This document shows positions 52,490 through 63,777 of a DNA stretch of 64,000 nt, piece by piece. The stretch is taken from the NCBI RefSeq assembly GCF_020745735.1, contig NC_083435.1, positions 36,605,090 to 36,669,089 of the forward strand, written 5' to 3'. Within the stretch, counting starts at the first letter, position 1. Every line of letters begins with the position of its first letter. The position numbers and the translations under genes are program-made. The notes beneath the pieces were generated by a model, which had not been told where the DNA came from, did not search any database, and saw only the letters and a list, made by a program, of their open reading frames with translations. The stretch comes from Hemiscyllium ocellatum (Eukaryota).

Positions 52490-54425
52490 GGGTGTGTCCC
52501 AGGTTACCATTCCACGTTAGTGATATGCTCGGTGTTTCCCAGGTTACTGTTCCAGGTCAGTGATGTACTTGGTGTTTCCCAGGTTACTGTTCCAGGTCAG
52601 TGATATACTCGGTGTTTCCCAGGTTACTGTTCCATGTCAGTGATATACTCGGTGTTCCCAGGTTCCTGTTCCAGGTCAGTGATATACCCGGTGTGTCCCA
52701 GGTTCCTGTTCCAGGTTAGTAATATACTCGGTGTGTCCCAGGTTACTATTCTAGGTCAGTGATATACTCGGTGTGTCCCAGGTTACTATTCCAGGTCAGT
52801 GATATACCCGGTGTGTCCCAGGTTACTGTCCCAGGTCAGTGATATACTCGGTGTGTCCCAGGTTACCGTTCCAGGTCAGTGATATACTCGGTGTGTCCCA
52901 AGTTCCTGTTCCAGGTCAGTGATATACCCGGTGTGTCCCAGGTTACTGTTCCAGGTTAGTGATGTACTCGGAGTGTCCCAGGTTCCTGTTCCAGGTCAGT
53001 GATATACTCGGTGTGTCCCAGGTTACTGTCCCAGGTCAGTGATATACTCGGTATGTCCCAGGTTCCTGTTCCAGGTCAGTGATATACCCGGTGTTTCCCA
53101 GGTTACTGTTCCAGGTCAGTGATGTACTTGGTGTTTCCCAGGTTACTGTTCCAGGTCAGTGATATACTCAGTGTTTCCCAGGTTACTGTTCCATGTCAGT
53201 GATATACTCGGTGTTCCCAGGTTCCTGTTCCAGGTCAGTGATATACCCGGTGTGTCCTAGGTTCCTGTCCCAGGTTAGTAATATACTCGGTGTGTCCCAG
53301 GTTACTATTCTAGGTCAGTGATATACTCGGTGTGTCCCAGGTTACTATTCCAGGTCAGTGATATACCCGGTGGGTCCCAGGTTACTGTCCCAGGTCAGTG
53401 ATATACTCGGTGTGTCCCAGTTACCGTTCCAGGTCAGTGATATACTCGGTGTGTCCCAAGTTCCTGTTCCAGGTCAGTGATATACCCGGTGTGTCCCAGG
53501 TTACTGTTCCAGGTCAGTGATGTACTCGGTGTGTCCCAGGTTCCTGTTCCAGGTCAGTGATATACTCGGTGTGTCCCAGGTTACCGTTCCAGGTCAGTGA
53601 TATACTCGGTGTGTCCCAGCTTCCTGTTCCAGGTTAGTGATATACCCGGTGTGTTCCAGGTTAGTGATGTACTCGGAGTGTCCCAGGTTCCTGTTCCAGG
53701 TCAGTGATATACTCGGTGTGTCCCAGGTTACTGTCCCAGGCCAGTGATATACTCGGTGTGTCCCAGGTTACTGACCCAGGTCAGTGATATACTCGGTGTG
53801 TCCCAGGTAACTGTTCCCAGTTAGTGATATATTTCATGTATCCCAGGTTACTGTTCCAGGTTAGTAATGGAACCGGTATGTTCCAGGTTACTATTCCAGG
53901 TCAGTGATATACCCGGTGTTTCCCAGGTTACTATTCCAGGTCAGTGATATACTCGGTGTGTCCCAGGTTACTGTTCCAGGTCAGTGATATATCCGGTGTT
54001 TCCCAGGTTACTATTCCAGGTCAGTGATATACTCGGTGTTTCCCAGGTTACTGTTCCAGGTCAGTGATGTACTTGGTGTTTCCCAGGTTACTGTTCCAGG
54101 TCAGTGATGTACTCGGTGTGTCCCAGGTTACTGTTCCAGGTCAGTGATGTACTCGGTGTGTCCCAAGTTACCGTTCCAGGTCAGTGATATACTCGGTGTT
54201 TCCCAGGTTACTGTTCCAGGTCAGTGATATACTCGGTGTGTCCCAGGTTACTGTTCCATGTAAGTGATATACTCGGTATGTCCCAGGTTACTGTTCCAGG
54301 TCAGTGATATACTCGGTGTGTCCCAGGTTACTGTTCCAGGTTAGTAATGGACCCGGTATTTCCCAGGTTACTGTTCCAGGTTAGTGACATACTCAGTGTG
54401 TCCTACTTTACTATTCCAGGTTAGT
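52490..54425 (+). repeat. 40-bp satellite, ~48 copies (ggtgtgtcccaggttactgttccaggtcagtgatatactc)
   Basis: Period 40 over ~1.93 kb. Confidence 0.97.
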
Positions 54426-54709
54426 GATCTTCTGTTGAACAATCCAATCCCTGGATTCTATCCCAGCCTCTCCCCTGTGTCCATATTGACTCCATCGAGT
54501 ATCTGAGTGACTCTGATTCTGTGTTTACTCCCTGTTCTGAGAGGCTGCAGCAGCTAATTCTGTCCCAGTTGTATCTGATTCTGTTTATTATATCAGACAG
54601 GATTCTGACAGTGTGATAAAGTTGTGAATTATTGAAGATTGTCACTGTTTGGATTCGGCCTCACTTTTCACTCATGTTTATTTGCCTGCTCCTGAAGTAT
54701 GCCTTCCAG

Positions 54710-54834
54710 ACACTAACATGTTTAAAGTGGTTTTCATGATAGTCTCTGACATCAATGATTTTCCTGAGTTTTGTGGTGGTGTTATTATGGTCAGTGGAGC
54801 CTGTCATTATGATGTTGTTTCTGACGGTGATTAG
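54710..54834 (+). pseudogene. Truncated paralogous MHC I alpha1 exon fragment (DTNMFKVVFMIVSDINDFPEFCGGVIMVSG..*)
   Basis: Phase-1 acceptor gccttccag|. Aligns to the full alpha1 starting 152 nt downstream (ATNDLTVIYAIVSRINDFPEATSTAMVNG). Confidence 0.7.
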
Positions 54835-54861
54835 TAATCAGCTCCTTTCTTTGAGTTACAG

Positions 54862-55123
54862 CCACTAATGACCTTACTGTGATTTACGCAATTGTTTCTA
54901 GAATTAATGATTTTCCTGAAGCTACAAGCACTGCAATGGTCAATGGAGTTACAATAGGTTATCGTGACAGCAAAATCCATCACTGCATCCCCAGGCAGCA
55001 ATTCATCAAAGAGTATGTTGACATAAAATTCTGGGATGACATCACAGGCCTTGTGATAGAGCATACAGAAATGGCAAACAAAACTCGAAAATGTGATAAT
55101 GAAGAGGATAAACCAGACATGAG
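54862..55123 (+). pseudogene. MHC class I-like alpha1 exon, copy 2, with +1 frameshift (~55080) and TGA at 55120-55122
   Basis: gttacag|...catgag|gtaaga; 262 nt (261+1). FPE..MVNGV.IGYRDS..CIPRQQFIKE..FWDD; the corrected end is KLENVIMKRINQT*. Confidence 0.85.
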
Positions 55124-56643
55124 GTAAGAACAGGCGTGTCAGAAATTCCCTGTTTGTTGTCCCTTTTCATCACAAAACCTAATCTATTCCTCAGCACTGC
55201 CTGCTGGGCTCCAGTGCTGGGAAAGACATGTCTTTGTTCTTCTCCTGTTTCCTTGAACCTTGTTTCCATCACCTCCTCAGCTCCGACATTTACCCCACTC
55301 CTCACATCCTTGGGTATTGAAGAATGGGAGCCATTGTTACAGAAGCGCCAAACTGCTTTACGTACTTTCAGCAAAATTTCATGGCCTTTGTGCTCTGTTC
55401 CTGTTTTTAAAACACTCATTAGAAGCTTAGGTTTCAGTTTGACTCACTTTATCACCACAGCCGAGTCAGACAGTGACACAACTTCATAGAAACATTGAAA
55501 ATAGATGCAGGGATCAGCCATTTGTCCCTTCAAGCCTACAGCACCACTCAATATGATCATGGCTGATCATGCAATCTCAGTGTCGCCATGCTGTTACCTA
55601 TCCTACATTGTGTGATAAATATTTTCTCATTTTGATTTAAACAAATCAGATTTACAAATGCCACAGGGACATATAATACGACAGCAAATTATTGCAGCTA
55701 CTGGAAACCTGAAATATAAATTCAAAATTCTGGAAATCCCCAGCAGGTCAGGCAGTATCTGTAATGAGAAAAAGACGGTCGAGGTCTCAGGTTCAACATC
55801 TGCACCAATCCTGAAGAAGGGTCTTGTTTCTCCCTGCACAGATACTGAGAGACATACTGAGCATTGTCAACACTTGGCATTTTCTCCTGAAGCAAAACAA
55901 CCTGTTTGTCCATCCTGCAAAAAGCCATCAGAGCTCCTCATTCTCCAACAGCAAGAAACCCAGAGGCAGCTGCTTGAGGTCTTGTTTAGCACAATTCTAA
56001 ACTTTAATTTTATATCATGTTAATGTATGAAGTAAACATTCACAACTTGCTCAGCAATCAAACTAGACAAAGCATGACATTGATAGCTTGTTACAAATTG
56101 AGTAATTGATAAAAATAACCAATGAAATGTGTGAAGATGCAGAGCGAACTAAAAATCTTTCTTATCTTTTTGCTGAAGAAGCAGAGCTGGAAGGGGACAG
56201 CCTGAGGCTCAGATCTGGGTCATCAGGGAGGGGGAGGAGATTCAATAAGGAGTTGGGTTTAAGTAACACTGAGTTGACATTCTCATCTGGTGGTGCACTC
56301 TCTGAGCTGCTGTCGATGGAATTCATACAAACAAAAGGTGTAGGAAGTGGGTTTCCCTCCCAACTGGGTTTTCTCCCCCTCCTGGTCCAGGGTTCACACA
56401 GTGGGACACACACCAACAGTCCCCTACTCCCACATTATACCATTGTGAAGGAGGAGTTGATTTGGGAGATGGTTGACTCAGGGCCTCACACCAGCCAGAA
56501 ACAGTCCATTTTTAATTTTCTGGAAATAGTGTACATGTGGTCAGGTCAAGTTCAAATGAAAAAAATAGTTTTGGTAATTTATTGGAAATGTATTTAATAA
56601 GAGCACGCTAAATGTATCACAGAAATATACTACATCTCACCAC

Positions 56644-56890
56644 TGGGTGGCATGGTGGCTCACAGCGCCAGGGTCCCAGGTTCAATTCTTGTCTGTGTGG
56701 AGTTTGCACGTTCTGCTCATGTCTGTGTGGGTTTCCTCTAACAGTCACAAAGATGTGCAGGTTAGGTAAATTGCCCATAGTGCCAGGTGCATTAGTCAGA
56801 GGGAAATGGGTCTGGGTGGGTTACTCTTTGGAGGGTCAGTGTGGACATGTTGGGCCAAACGGCCTGTTTCAGCACTGTAGGGAATCTAAT
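56644..56890 (+). mobile_element. V-SINE/HE1-like SINE present only in duplication copy 2
   Basis: cagcgccagggtcccaggttcaatt..tgtgtggagtttgcacgttct..gggccaaacggcctgtt. Absent at the equivalent site (~21405) of copy 1. Confidence 0.8.
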
Positions 56891-57469
56891 CAAAACACAG
56901 AAAATGAGTTTCTAAGTTAAACAGAAAGTGAGGAATATAAAGATATTAATTGGGCAAGAATCATTCCTATTATTCATGAACTACATACTATTTGTAGTTG
57001 AGACATTTCCCAATCAGGAATCATATAACCAGTGAATTGAGAACAGGAGGGACATCAAAGAGAAATATTTGAGTGGTCACGGTCCATTCCTGGAGGCTGA
57101 CAGGGTGGTAACAGACAGATATTGACTACATTCCCCCAGAATGCAGCCTGTGATTGAAATAAATGACAACAAGGACTATAACAATCACTCCAGGATAGTG
57201 GGAATGTGAGCGCTGGAATTCTGACCCGGATCAGAGAGCCTGTTCCTTATCTGCTCCAGGTTGAGGTGTGAGGCAGCCACTGGAGAAAGGGGCAGTACTG
57301 CCTGAGTCTGGGACCCTCTGACAGCACAGGCCCTGGGGATTCGCACCGTGTGTAACCCCCTCACCCTGGGCCTGATACGAGATCCCCAATCTGCTTTGAT
57401 CAGACTGCATTTCTCAGTTTCAGTTCACAATTAATCACTGAGGATTGATCCCTGTTTGGTCACTGACAG

Positions 57470-57745
57470 GAATTCACATTCTCCAATGGATACATTCTGT
57501 TGAGGTCAGTGATGGTGGCTCTGTGAAGAGATCAATGAGATTTGGATTCAATGGAAAGGATTATATCAGTTTAGACCCAGACAGAATGAGATGGATTGTA
57601 ACCAATCACTTTGCAGTGATGACAAAAGAGAAATGGGATTCCGATGAATCCTGGAACAATTACTGGGAAACACAGCTGCATGGAATCTTTGTTGAGTATT
57701 TAAAGAGATATCTGGAAGCTGGAAAGGAATATTTCAGAAGGAAAG
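57470..57745 (+). CDS. MHC class I-like alpha2 exon, copy 2
   Basis: gacag|...aaag|gtatgt; 276 nt and open: GIHILQWIHSVEV..FVEYLKRYLEAGKEYFRRK. Confidence 0.9.
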
Positions 57746-57862
57746 GTATGTATTTCAGTTTTGATCCCATGTTCTGACCTAACCTCACTGATCCATGAAA
57801 CCGTTCTCCCATTCCATTCAGTGTCTGTCTGTTGTTTGTGTTTTCACCCTTTCCCATCACAG

Positions 57863-58141
57863 TTCAGCCTGAAGTGTTCATCTCCAGGAGGGAGCCCAAT
57901 CGCCAGGACAAGCCGCTCACTCTCTCCTGCCTGGTCACTGGGTTTTATCCTGCAGACATTGAGGTGACCTGGCTAAGGAATGGAGAGGTCATGTCTGAGA
58001 CTCAATCCCCAGGGGTTCGACCGAACCACGATGGGACCCATGAGATCCAGAAAGAGATTGAGATCAATGCTGGGGATGAGGATCAATACTCCTGTCAAAT
58101 TGAACACAGCAGCCTGGCAGACGCCAAGCTCTACAATTGGG
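57863..58141 (+). CDS. MHC class I-like alpha3 exon, copy 2
   Basis: catcacag|...tggg|gtaagg; 279 nt and open, with both Ig cysteines and GFYP. Confidence 0.92.
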
Positions 58142-58159
58142 GTAAGGGACTGGAGAGTC

Positions 58160-58160
<1 letters not shown>

Positions 58161-58214
<54 letters not shown>
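58161..58214 (+). repeat. (GT)n microsatellite, ~25 units
   Basis: Read directly. Confidence 0.98.
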
Positions 58215-58215
<1 letters not shown>

Positions 58216-58339
58216 TGTTCCACGATTCATTGAGGTTGCTCTGATCTGTCCCTCACTCCCTTTACCCATTCCTGCTCCATGTCTTTTGCTGCTCTTCCCC
58301 AATAAAACCCTCCTGGTCTCAGGCTGGAAATATTCAATT

Positions 58340-61300
58340 GATCCTCAGTGCTCACAGCAATTTGGTTAGAAAACTCCAGATTTCCATTCGCATCAATAGG
58401 AGGCCTCTGATTGGGCCGTTAACCTGATCCAATCAGGGAGTCCTGACTGACATTAAAAAAAGGGTGTGTCAGAGGTATTGAATCTGAATCTGAATGAGGT
58501 ACTACTAAAGTCTAGGACTGTTCTTGTGTAAATGAAGGGTGACTTGGTGAGTGAATGCTAGCTTCTGTCGGGCTATTCCAGTGGCAATGGGAGTAAAGCA
58601 TGATCGTGAAGAAACTTGCTCACAACAGGCGCCTTTCAGTCAGGGGAGCATTTGGTACATCATGCCTTTGTTTGGGAAACTTGACTCGTTCGATCCTGTC
58701 AGCGAGGACTGGGCCCAGTGTGTGAAGATAAGGTGGCATATTTTCTGGGTAAATGGCATTGTGGCAGGTGAAAAGCAACAAGTAATTCTCCTGACAGCTT
58801 GTGGGGCTGCAGCTTTTTCTGTTATTAGGATTCTAGCTTTCCCTGTGGCACCAGGTACTAAAACCTTTCAAACATTGATAGGAATAATTAAGGAATATTA
58901 TGAGCAAAAGCCCCTGCTAATTCTGAGATGCTATCATTTTTATTTGGCAATTCAAGAACCAGGGAAATCCACACTGGGATATCTGACTAGGTTAAGAAGA
59001 CTGGCAAAAGTATGTGAAATCGGTTTAACCCTTAATGAGATGCTAAGAGAATGGTAGGTGAAATTACTGCTGTAACTATGATGTAATACTGATATAACTG
59101 TGATGTAATGAATGATGTAACTATGATGTAATGAATGATGTAACTATGCAAAAACACCTACTGGCTGAATCCCAACTGCACTTCAGGCAGCTACTACAAC
59201 TGGCTTTATCATTGGAAAATGCAGCAAGTGGAGCTCATGAATTACAGGGTATTCCAATGGAAATGGACACCCTCAACAGTCCGACTGAACTTGGAGGACC
59301 CCACCTGGGTGCATGCAATTGCGTAGCCTCAGTCAGGACATATCGATCAGAGGGACTTGAGGTTGGCTCACCGTAAAACACTAAACCAAGCCTCAACAAA
59401 CAGTTAAAATGTTGATCAGGATCCTGGCCATTAAGGCATTGCAGTTTCTGTCGATGGGTGGAATTGAGACAGCAAAAGTGTCCTACTCGACTTAAATTGA
59501 GCGAGATAAATTATAGCCCCATATCCAGGTGGGTATCCTGAAAAATCCATCCATATCTGGTTTGGAACAGTTAAATTGCATCGCGACATCAAAATCAGAA
59601 CCAACCAATTTAAACGTCTGGTTAACTGGTCATTCTGTTCTGATGGAGGTCGATCCGAGTGCAGCTGTATCAGTGATCACAGAACCAACCTTTAACAAGA
59701 TTCACTCTGAACTCCAACCCTTAACTTTGCACAAGTTCTTGGCCAGACTGAGAACCTCAACTGAGGAAGCTTCAGAGAATAGGGGTACAACTTCAGTTCC
59801 GCTCTTTCATGGAAGGCAGCTGGTTCAGTTACCAGTGATTGTGCTAAAAGCTTCAAATCCGAGCTTAATGGGGAGAAATCAGTTGTGAGAGATTCACCCC
59901 AAATGGCTCAAGATGTTTCACTTAGAAAATGGCTGCTTGAGTGAAATTCAATTTAATTACCTGTAGATCATCCAGAAAGATCTAGGGGTTATCAGAGGAG
60001 CCTTGATATTGACCAGGAATCAATCCCATGATGCTGTAAGGCCTGCCCAGTGCCATTGGCCTGACAGGCAAATGTCAAGGCAGAAATTAGAAGGCTGGAA
60101 AGTGAAAGAATTATCAAACCAGTCCAGTTTGTGGAATAGTAAAAAGTGAGGTCTGCAGGTGCTGGAGATCAGAGCTGAAAATGTGTTGCTGGTTAAAGCA
60201 GGAATGAAGGGCTTTGGCCCGAAACGTCGAATTTCCTGTTCCTTGGATGCTGCCTAACCTGCTGTGCTTTAACCAGCAACACATTTTCAGTTTGTGGAAT
60301 AGGCAGCAGTGATTGGAATGGTACTGAAGCCCAGTGGGTCGGTTTGCCTTTGTGGCGATTTTAAATAAAGTGTAAACTGCTTTTGACAGCAGAATAGATC
60401 GCCAGCCCCTCAGGATTTGTGCCCAACGTTGGTGCAGGATGGGCGTTCTCCTTCACACAGCTGGACATGAGCTACACTTACTTGCAATTGTGATCAGACC
60501 AGGTTCCCAGATGTATGCTACAATTAATATCCATCAGGGATTGTACCAAGATACAAGACTGCCATTTGAGGTATTGTCAGCCTGTTCGATCTTTCAGTGG
60601 ACAATAGAGAACATCTTGCATGGTCTACCCCAGGTCGCCATTTACGTAGATGGTAAATTAGCCAATAACAGGGAAAACTAATAAGGAGCAGTCAGAGAAC
60701 TGGATATAGTCCAAAGGTGATTCTCCAAGGCAGGCATTTGCCTAAGAAGGGAAAATGTGTATCCGTAATGATCTACTTGGGATACAGATTCGACAACTCT
60801 GGGTTACACTTGTTGGAAGATAATGTGAGGGAGATCAAAGTTGCTCTGGTTCCTACGTCTGTCCAGGAACTTACGTCATATCTTGGGCTGGTAAATTATT
60901 TTGGAACGTTTGTACATAACCTGGCCTCCGTCCTGGCACCATTACATCAACTCGTGACAGAAAGGATCAGCCTGGGAAATGGTTGCAAACATAAGACCGA
61001 GCTTTCAATGAAGGAACGATACAACTGTCATCCTCTAAGGATTGGCACTCTGTGATCCCAAGAAAGACCTAGTACTGACATGCGATGTTTTCCTGCACAG
61101 CACTGGAGTTGTATTAGCTGATGATGGCTCAGTGGAGAGGAACATCCAACAGCATATACATCTAGGACTTTGGCCAATGCAGCACGTAAATACACCCAGA
61201 TACAGAAGGAAGGATTGATGGTCATATCTGGGGTCAGGACATTCCACCAATACCTTTATGAATTAAAATTTGTGATAATCATGGACTACTTGGTGTGCTG

Positions 61301-61760
61301 AAAGAGGACAAGGCAGGGCCACCCTGTAATTTTGGGCCACCTTCAATGGTGGGTTCTAATACTAAGTGCTTACAATTGCAAGCCAGAACACTGCCTGGGA
61401 GGCTGAGTAGTGAATGTGGATGTATTGAGCCGCCTGGCCATGAGCAAATACACCACTGGTAGCGCCCCCCAGTGGAAAGGTCTGTAATGGTATTAAACTT
61501 TCTGGACAAGCTCCTAATCAGAGCTGACTATCAGGCTTTGGACACAGAAAGATCCAATCCCTTCAAACTGGAAATAACTTGTATTTATGGGGAAACCAAA
61601 AGGCACTTGAAATCCTTTGAATTGAAAAATGTTTGGACCCAGAGATACCAGCTCACGGCAGAGGATGGAAAATTGTTAGAACTTGTTAGAGAAATTGTGA
61701 TTATCCTGAGTAAAGGCTGCCGCCAAACTCTAGCTGAACTCCACCAGGGATCTCTACAAT
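58340..61760 (+). mobile_element. Decayed Ty3/Gypsy element: 5' LTR (ends ~58580), gag, protease, RT, RNase H; truncated before integrase
   Basis: MPLFGKLDSFDP..EDW gag start; LMEVDPSAAVSVI protease; YATINIHQGLYQDTRLPF..QVAIYVDG RT; LVLTCDV RNase H. Confidence 0.85.
60140..60287. mobile_element. 148-bp palindromic PLE-terminus mini-element with 15-bp target-site duplication
   Basis: TSD cagtttgtggaatag at 60125-60139 and 60288-60302. Inverted arms ctgaaaatgtgttgctggttaaagca / tgctttaaccagcaacacattttcag. Confidence 0.85.
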
Positions 61761-61864
61761 GAAATGTGCGGGGAGACATCACATGTCAACACTAGATCTT
61801 TCTTGGGATCACAGAGTGCCAATCCTTAGACAATGACAGTTGTTTCATTACTTCATTGAAATCT

Positions 61865-61907
61865 CGGGCTTATATTTGCGAGCAAGTTAAAGTGTTCAGC
61901 CATCTCT

Positions 61908-61943
<36 letters not shown>

Positions 61944-62430
61944 ACCCTGTGGCTGAATACTTTAACTCCCCCTCTCACTCTGCCAAGGACATGCAAGTCC
62001 CTGGGCCTCCTCCACCACCAAACCCTAACCACCCGATACCTGGAGGAAGAATGCCTCATCTTCCACCTTGGGACCCTTCAACCACACGGGATCTTTGTGG
62101 ATTTCACCAGTTTCCTCATTTTCCCTCCCCACACCTTAATCCCAGAAGAAACCTTCCAACTCAGCACCGCCCTATTGAACGGTCCCACCTTTCCATCTTC
62201 CTTTCCACCTAACCACTTCACCCTCCTCTTCGACCTATCATCTTTACCCCCACCTTCATCTATCTATTGCATTCCCAGCTACCTTCCCCTTACCCAACCT
62301 CCCGCTCCCCCCCCTCCCATTTATCTTGGGCCACAAGCCTCATTCCTGATGATGATCTTACGCTCGAAACATCGATTCTCCTGCACCTCAGATGCTGCCT
62401 GACTGGCTGTGCTTTTCCAGTGCCACACTC
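61865..62430 (+). mobile_element. PLE family A 3' fragment containing a (CA)n tract and a degenerate hammerhead (62342-62377)
   Basis: MAEYFNSPSHSAKDMQV matches the GIY-YIG end at 33450-33695. Confidence 0.75.
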
Positions 62431-62439
62431 TGACCCTGA

Positions 62440-63760
62440 CCAATGAAGGCAAGATGCCATACGCCTTCTTTACCACCTTATCTACTTGGGTGATCACTTT
62501 CAGGGAGCTATAGATTTGAACCTGAAGATCCTTCTGTCTATCAATGCTGTTCAGAGTCCTGCCACTAATTGTATCCTGTTCCTTAACATGTGATCTCCCA
62601 AAGCACAGCACCTCACAATTACCTGGATTAAACTCCATCGACCATTTTTCCGCCCATATCTGCAACTGATTTATATAAATGATGAAAAGCAATGGAGCCA
62701 GCACCGATCTTTGTGGCACACCACTGGTCACAGGCTTCCGCTCCAAAAAGCAACCCTCTTAGACCAACCTTTGTTTCCCACCTTGAAGCCAAGTTTTATA
62801 TTCAGTTAGCTAGCTTCCTCTGGGTCCCATGTGGTCTAACCTTACTCACCAGTCCACATGTAGAACTTGGTCAAACACTTTGTTGAAGTCCATATGGACA
62901 ACATCTACCCCTCTACCTTCACCAATCTTCTTTGTTACCTCTTCAAAAAACACAGTTAAGTTACAGAGACACAATTTCCCACGCACAAAGCCATGTTGAC
63001 TATCCCTAATCAGTCCTTGCTTTCCAAATGCACGTAAGTCCTATTCCTCAGAATCTCCTCCAACTATGTACCCACCACTGATGTATGGCTCATCGGTCTA
63101 TAGTTCCCTAGCTTTTCATTACAGCCTTTCTTAAATTGTACCACCACATTAGCCACCCTCCAGTCTTCTGGCACCTCTCCCTTGGCTATGGATGATCCAA
63201 ACATCTGAGCTAGGTACGCAGCAACCTCTTCCCTAGCTTCCCACAGAATTCTGGGTAACACCGGATCAGGTCCTGGGGATTTATCTACCATTATGCATTT
63301 AAACTTCAGTACCTCCTCTTCTGTAATGTGCACTGTTTTCAAGCCATCACTATTTATTTTCCCAAGTTCCCTAGCTTCCATGTCCTTCTCCATGATACGT
63401 ACTGACACAAAATATGTGATTAGAATCTGATTGATCTCTTATGGTTCCACACATAGACAGCCACATTGATCTTTAAGGTGCCCTATTCTCGAACTAGTTA
63501 CTCTTTTGCCAAAATGTACTTTTAGAGTCTCTTTGGATTCTCCTTAACTGCATTTACTAAAGCTGTCTCATGTTCCCTTTTTGTCCTCCTGATTTCCCTC
63601 TTAAGGATACTCCAACTGCCCTAATACACTTCTTGGGATTTACTCAATCCCTGCTGTCTATACCTGATAAATGCCTCTTTCTTTTTATTGACCAGAACCT
63701 CAATTTCTCAAGTCTTACAGCATTTCCTACATCGACCAGCCTTGTCCTTCTATTATCATG
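62440..63760 (-). mobile_element. CR1-type LINE fragments
   Basis: VTSGVPQRSVLAPLLF and DKSPGPDPVLPRILWEAREE motifs. Confidence 0.8.
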
Positions 63761-63777
63761 CAGTGGTCAAACCCCTC

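Larger units (their letters stand above)
49185..52490 (-). mobile_element. CR1-type LINE (~2.4 kb of ORF2), interrupted by a + CR1 tail (~49565-49775) and the PLE at 51344-52248
   Basis: Minus ORFs 50360-51136, 49903-50415 and 49691-49990 are contiguous CR1 RT. Confidence 0.88.

Noticed and set aside
52490-54425. 40-bp array as CRISPR or coding repeat
   Set aside because: Head-to-tail satellite with no unique spacers; the period is not a multiple of 3.
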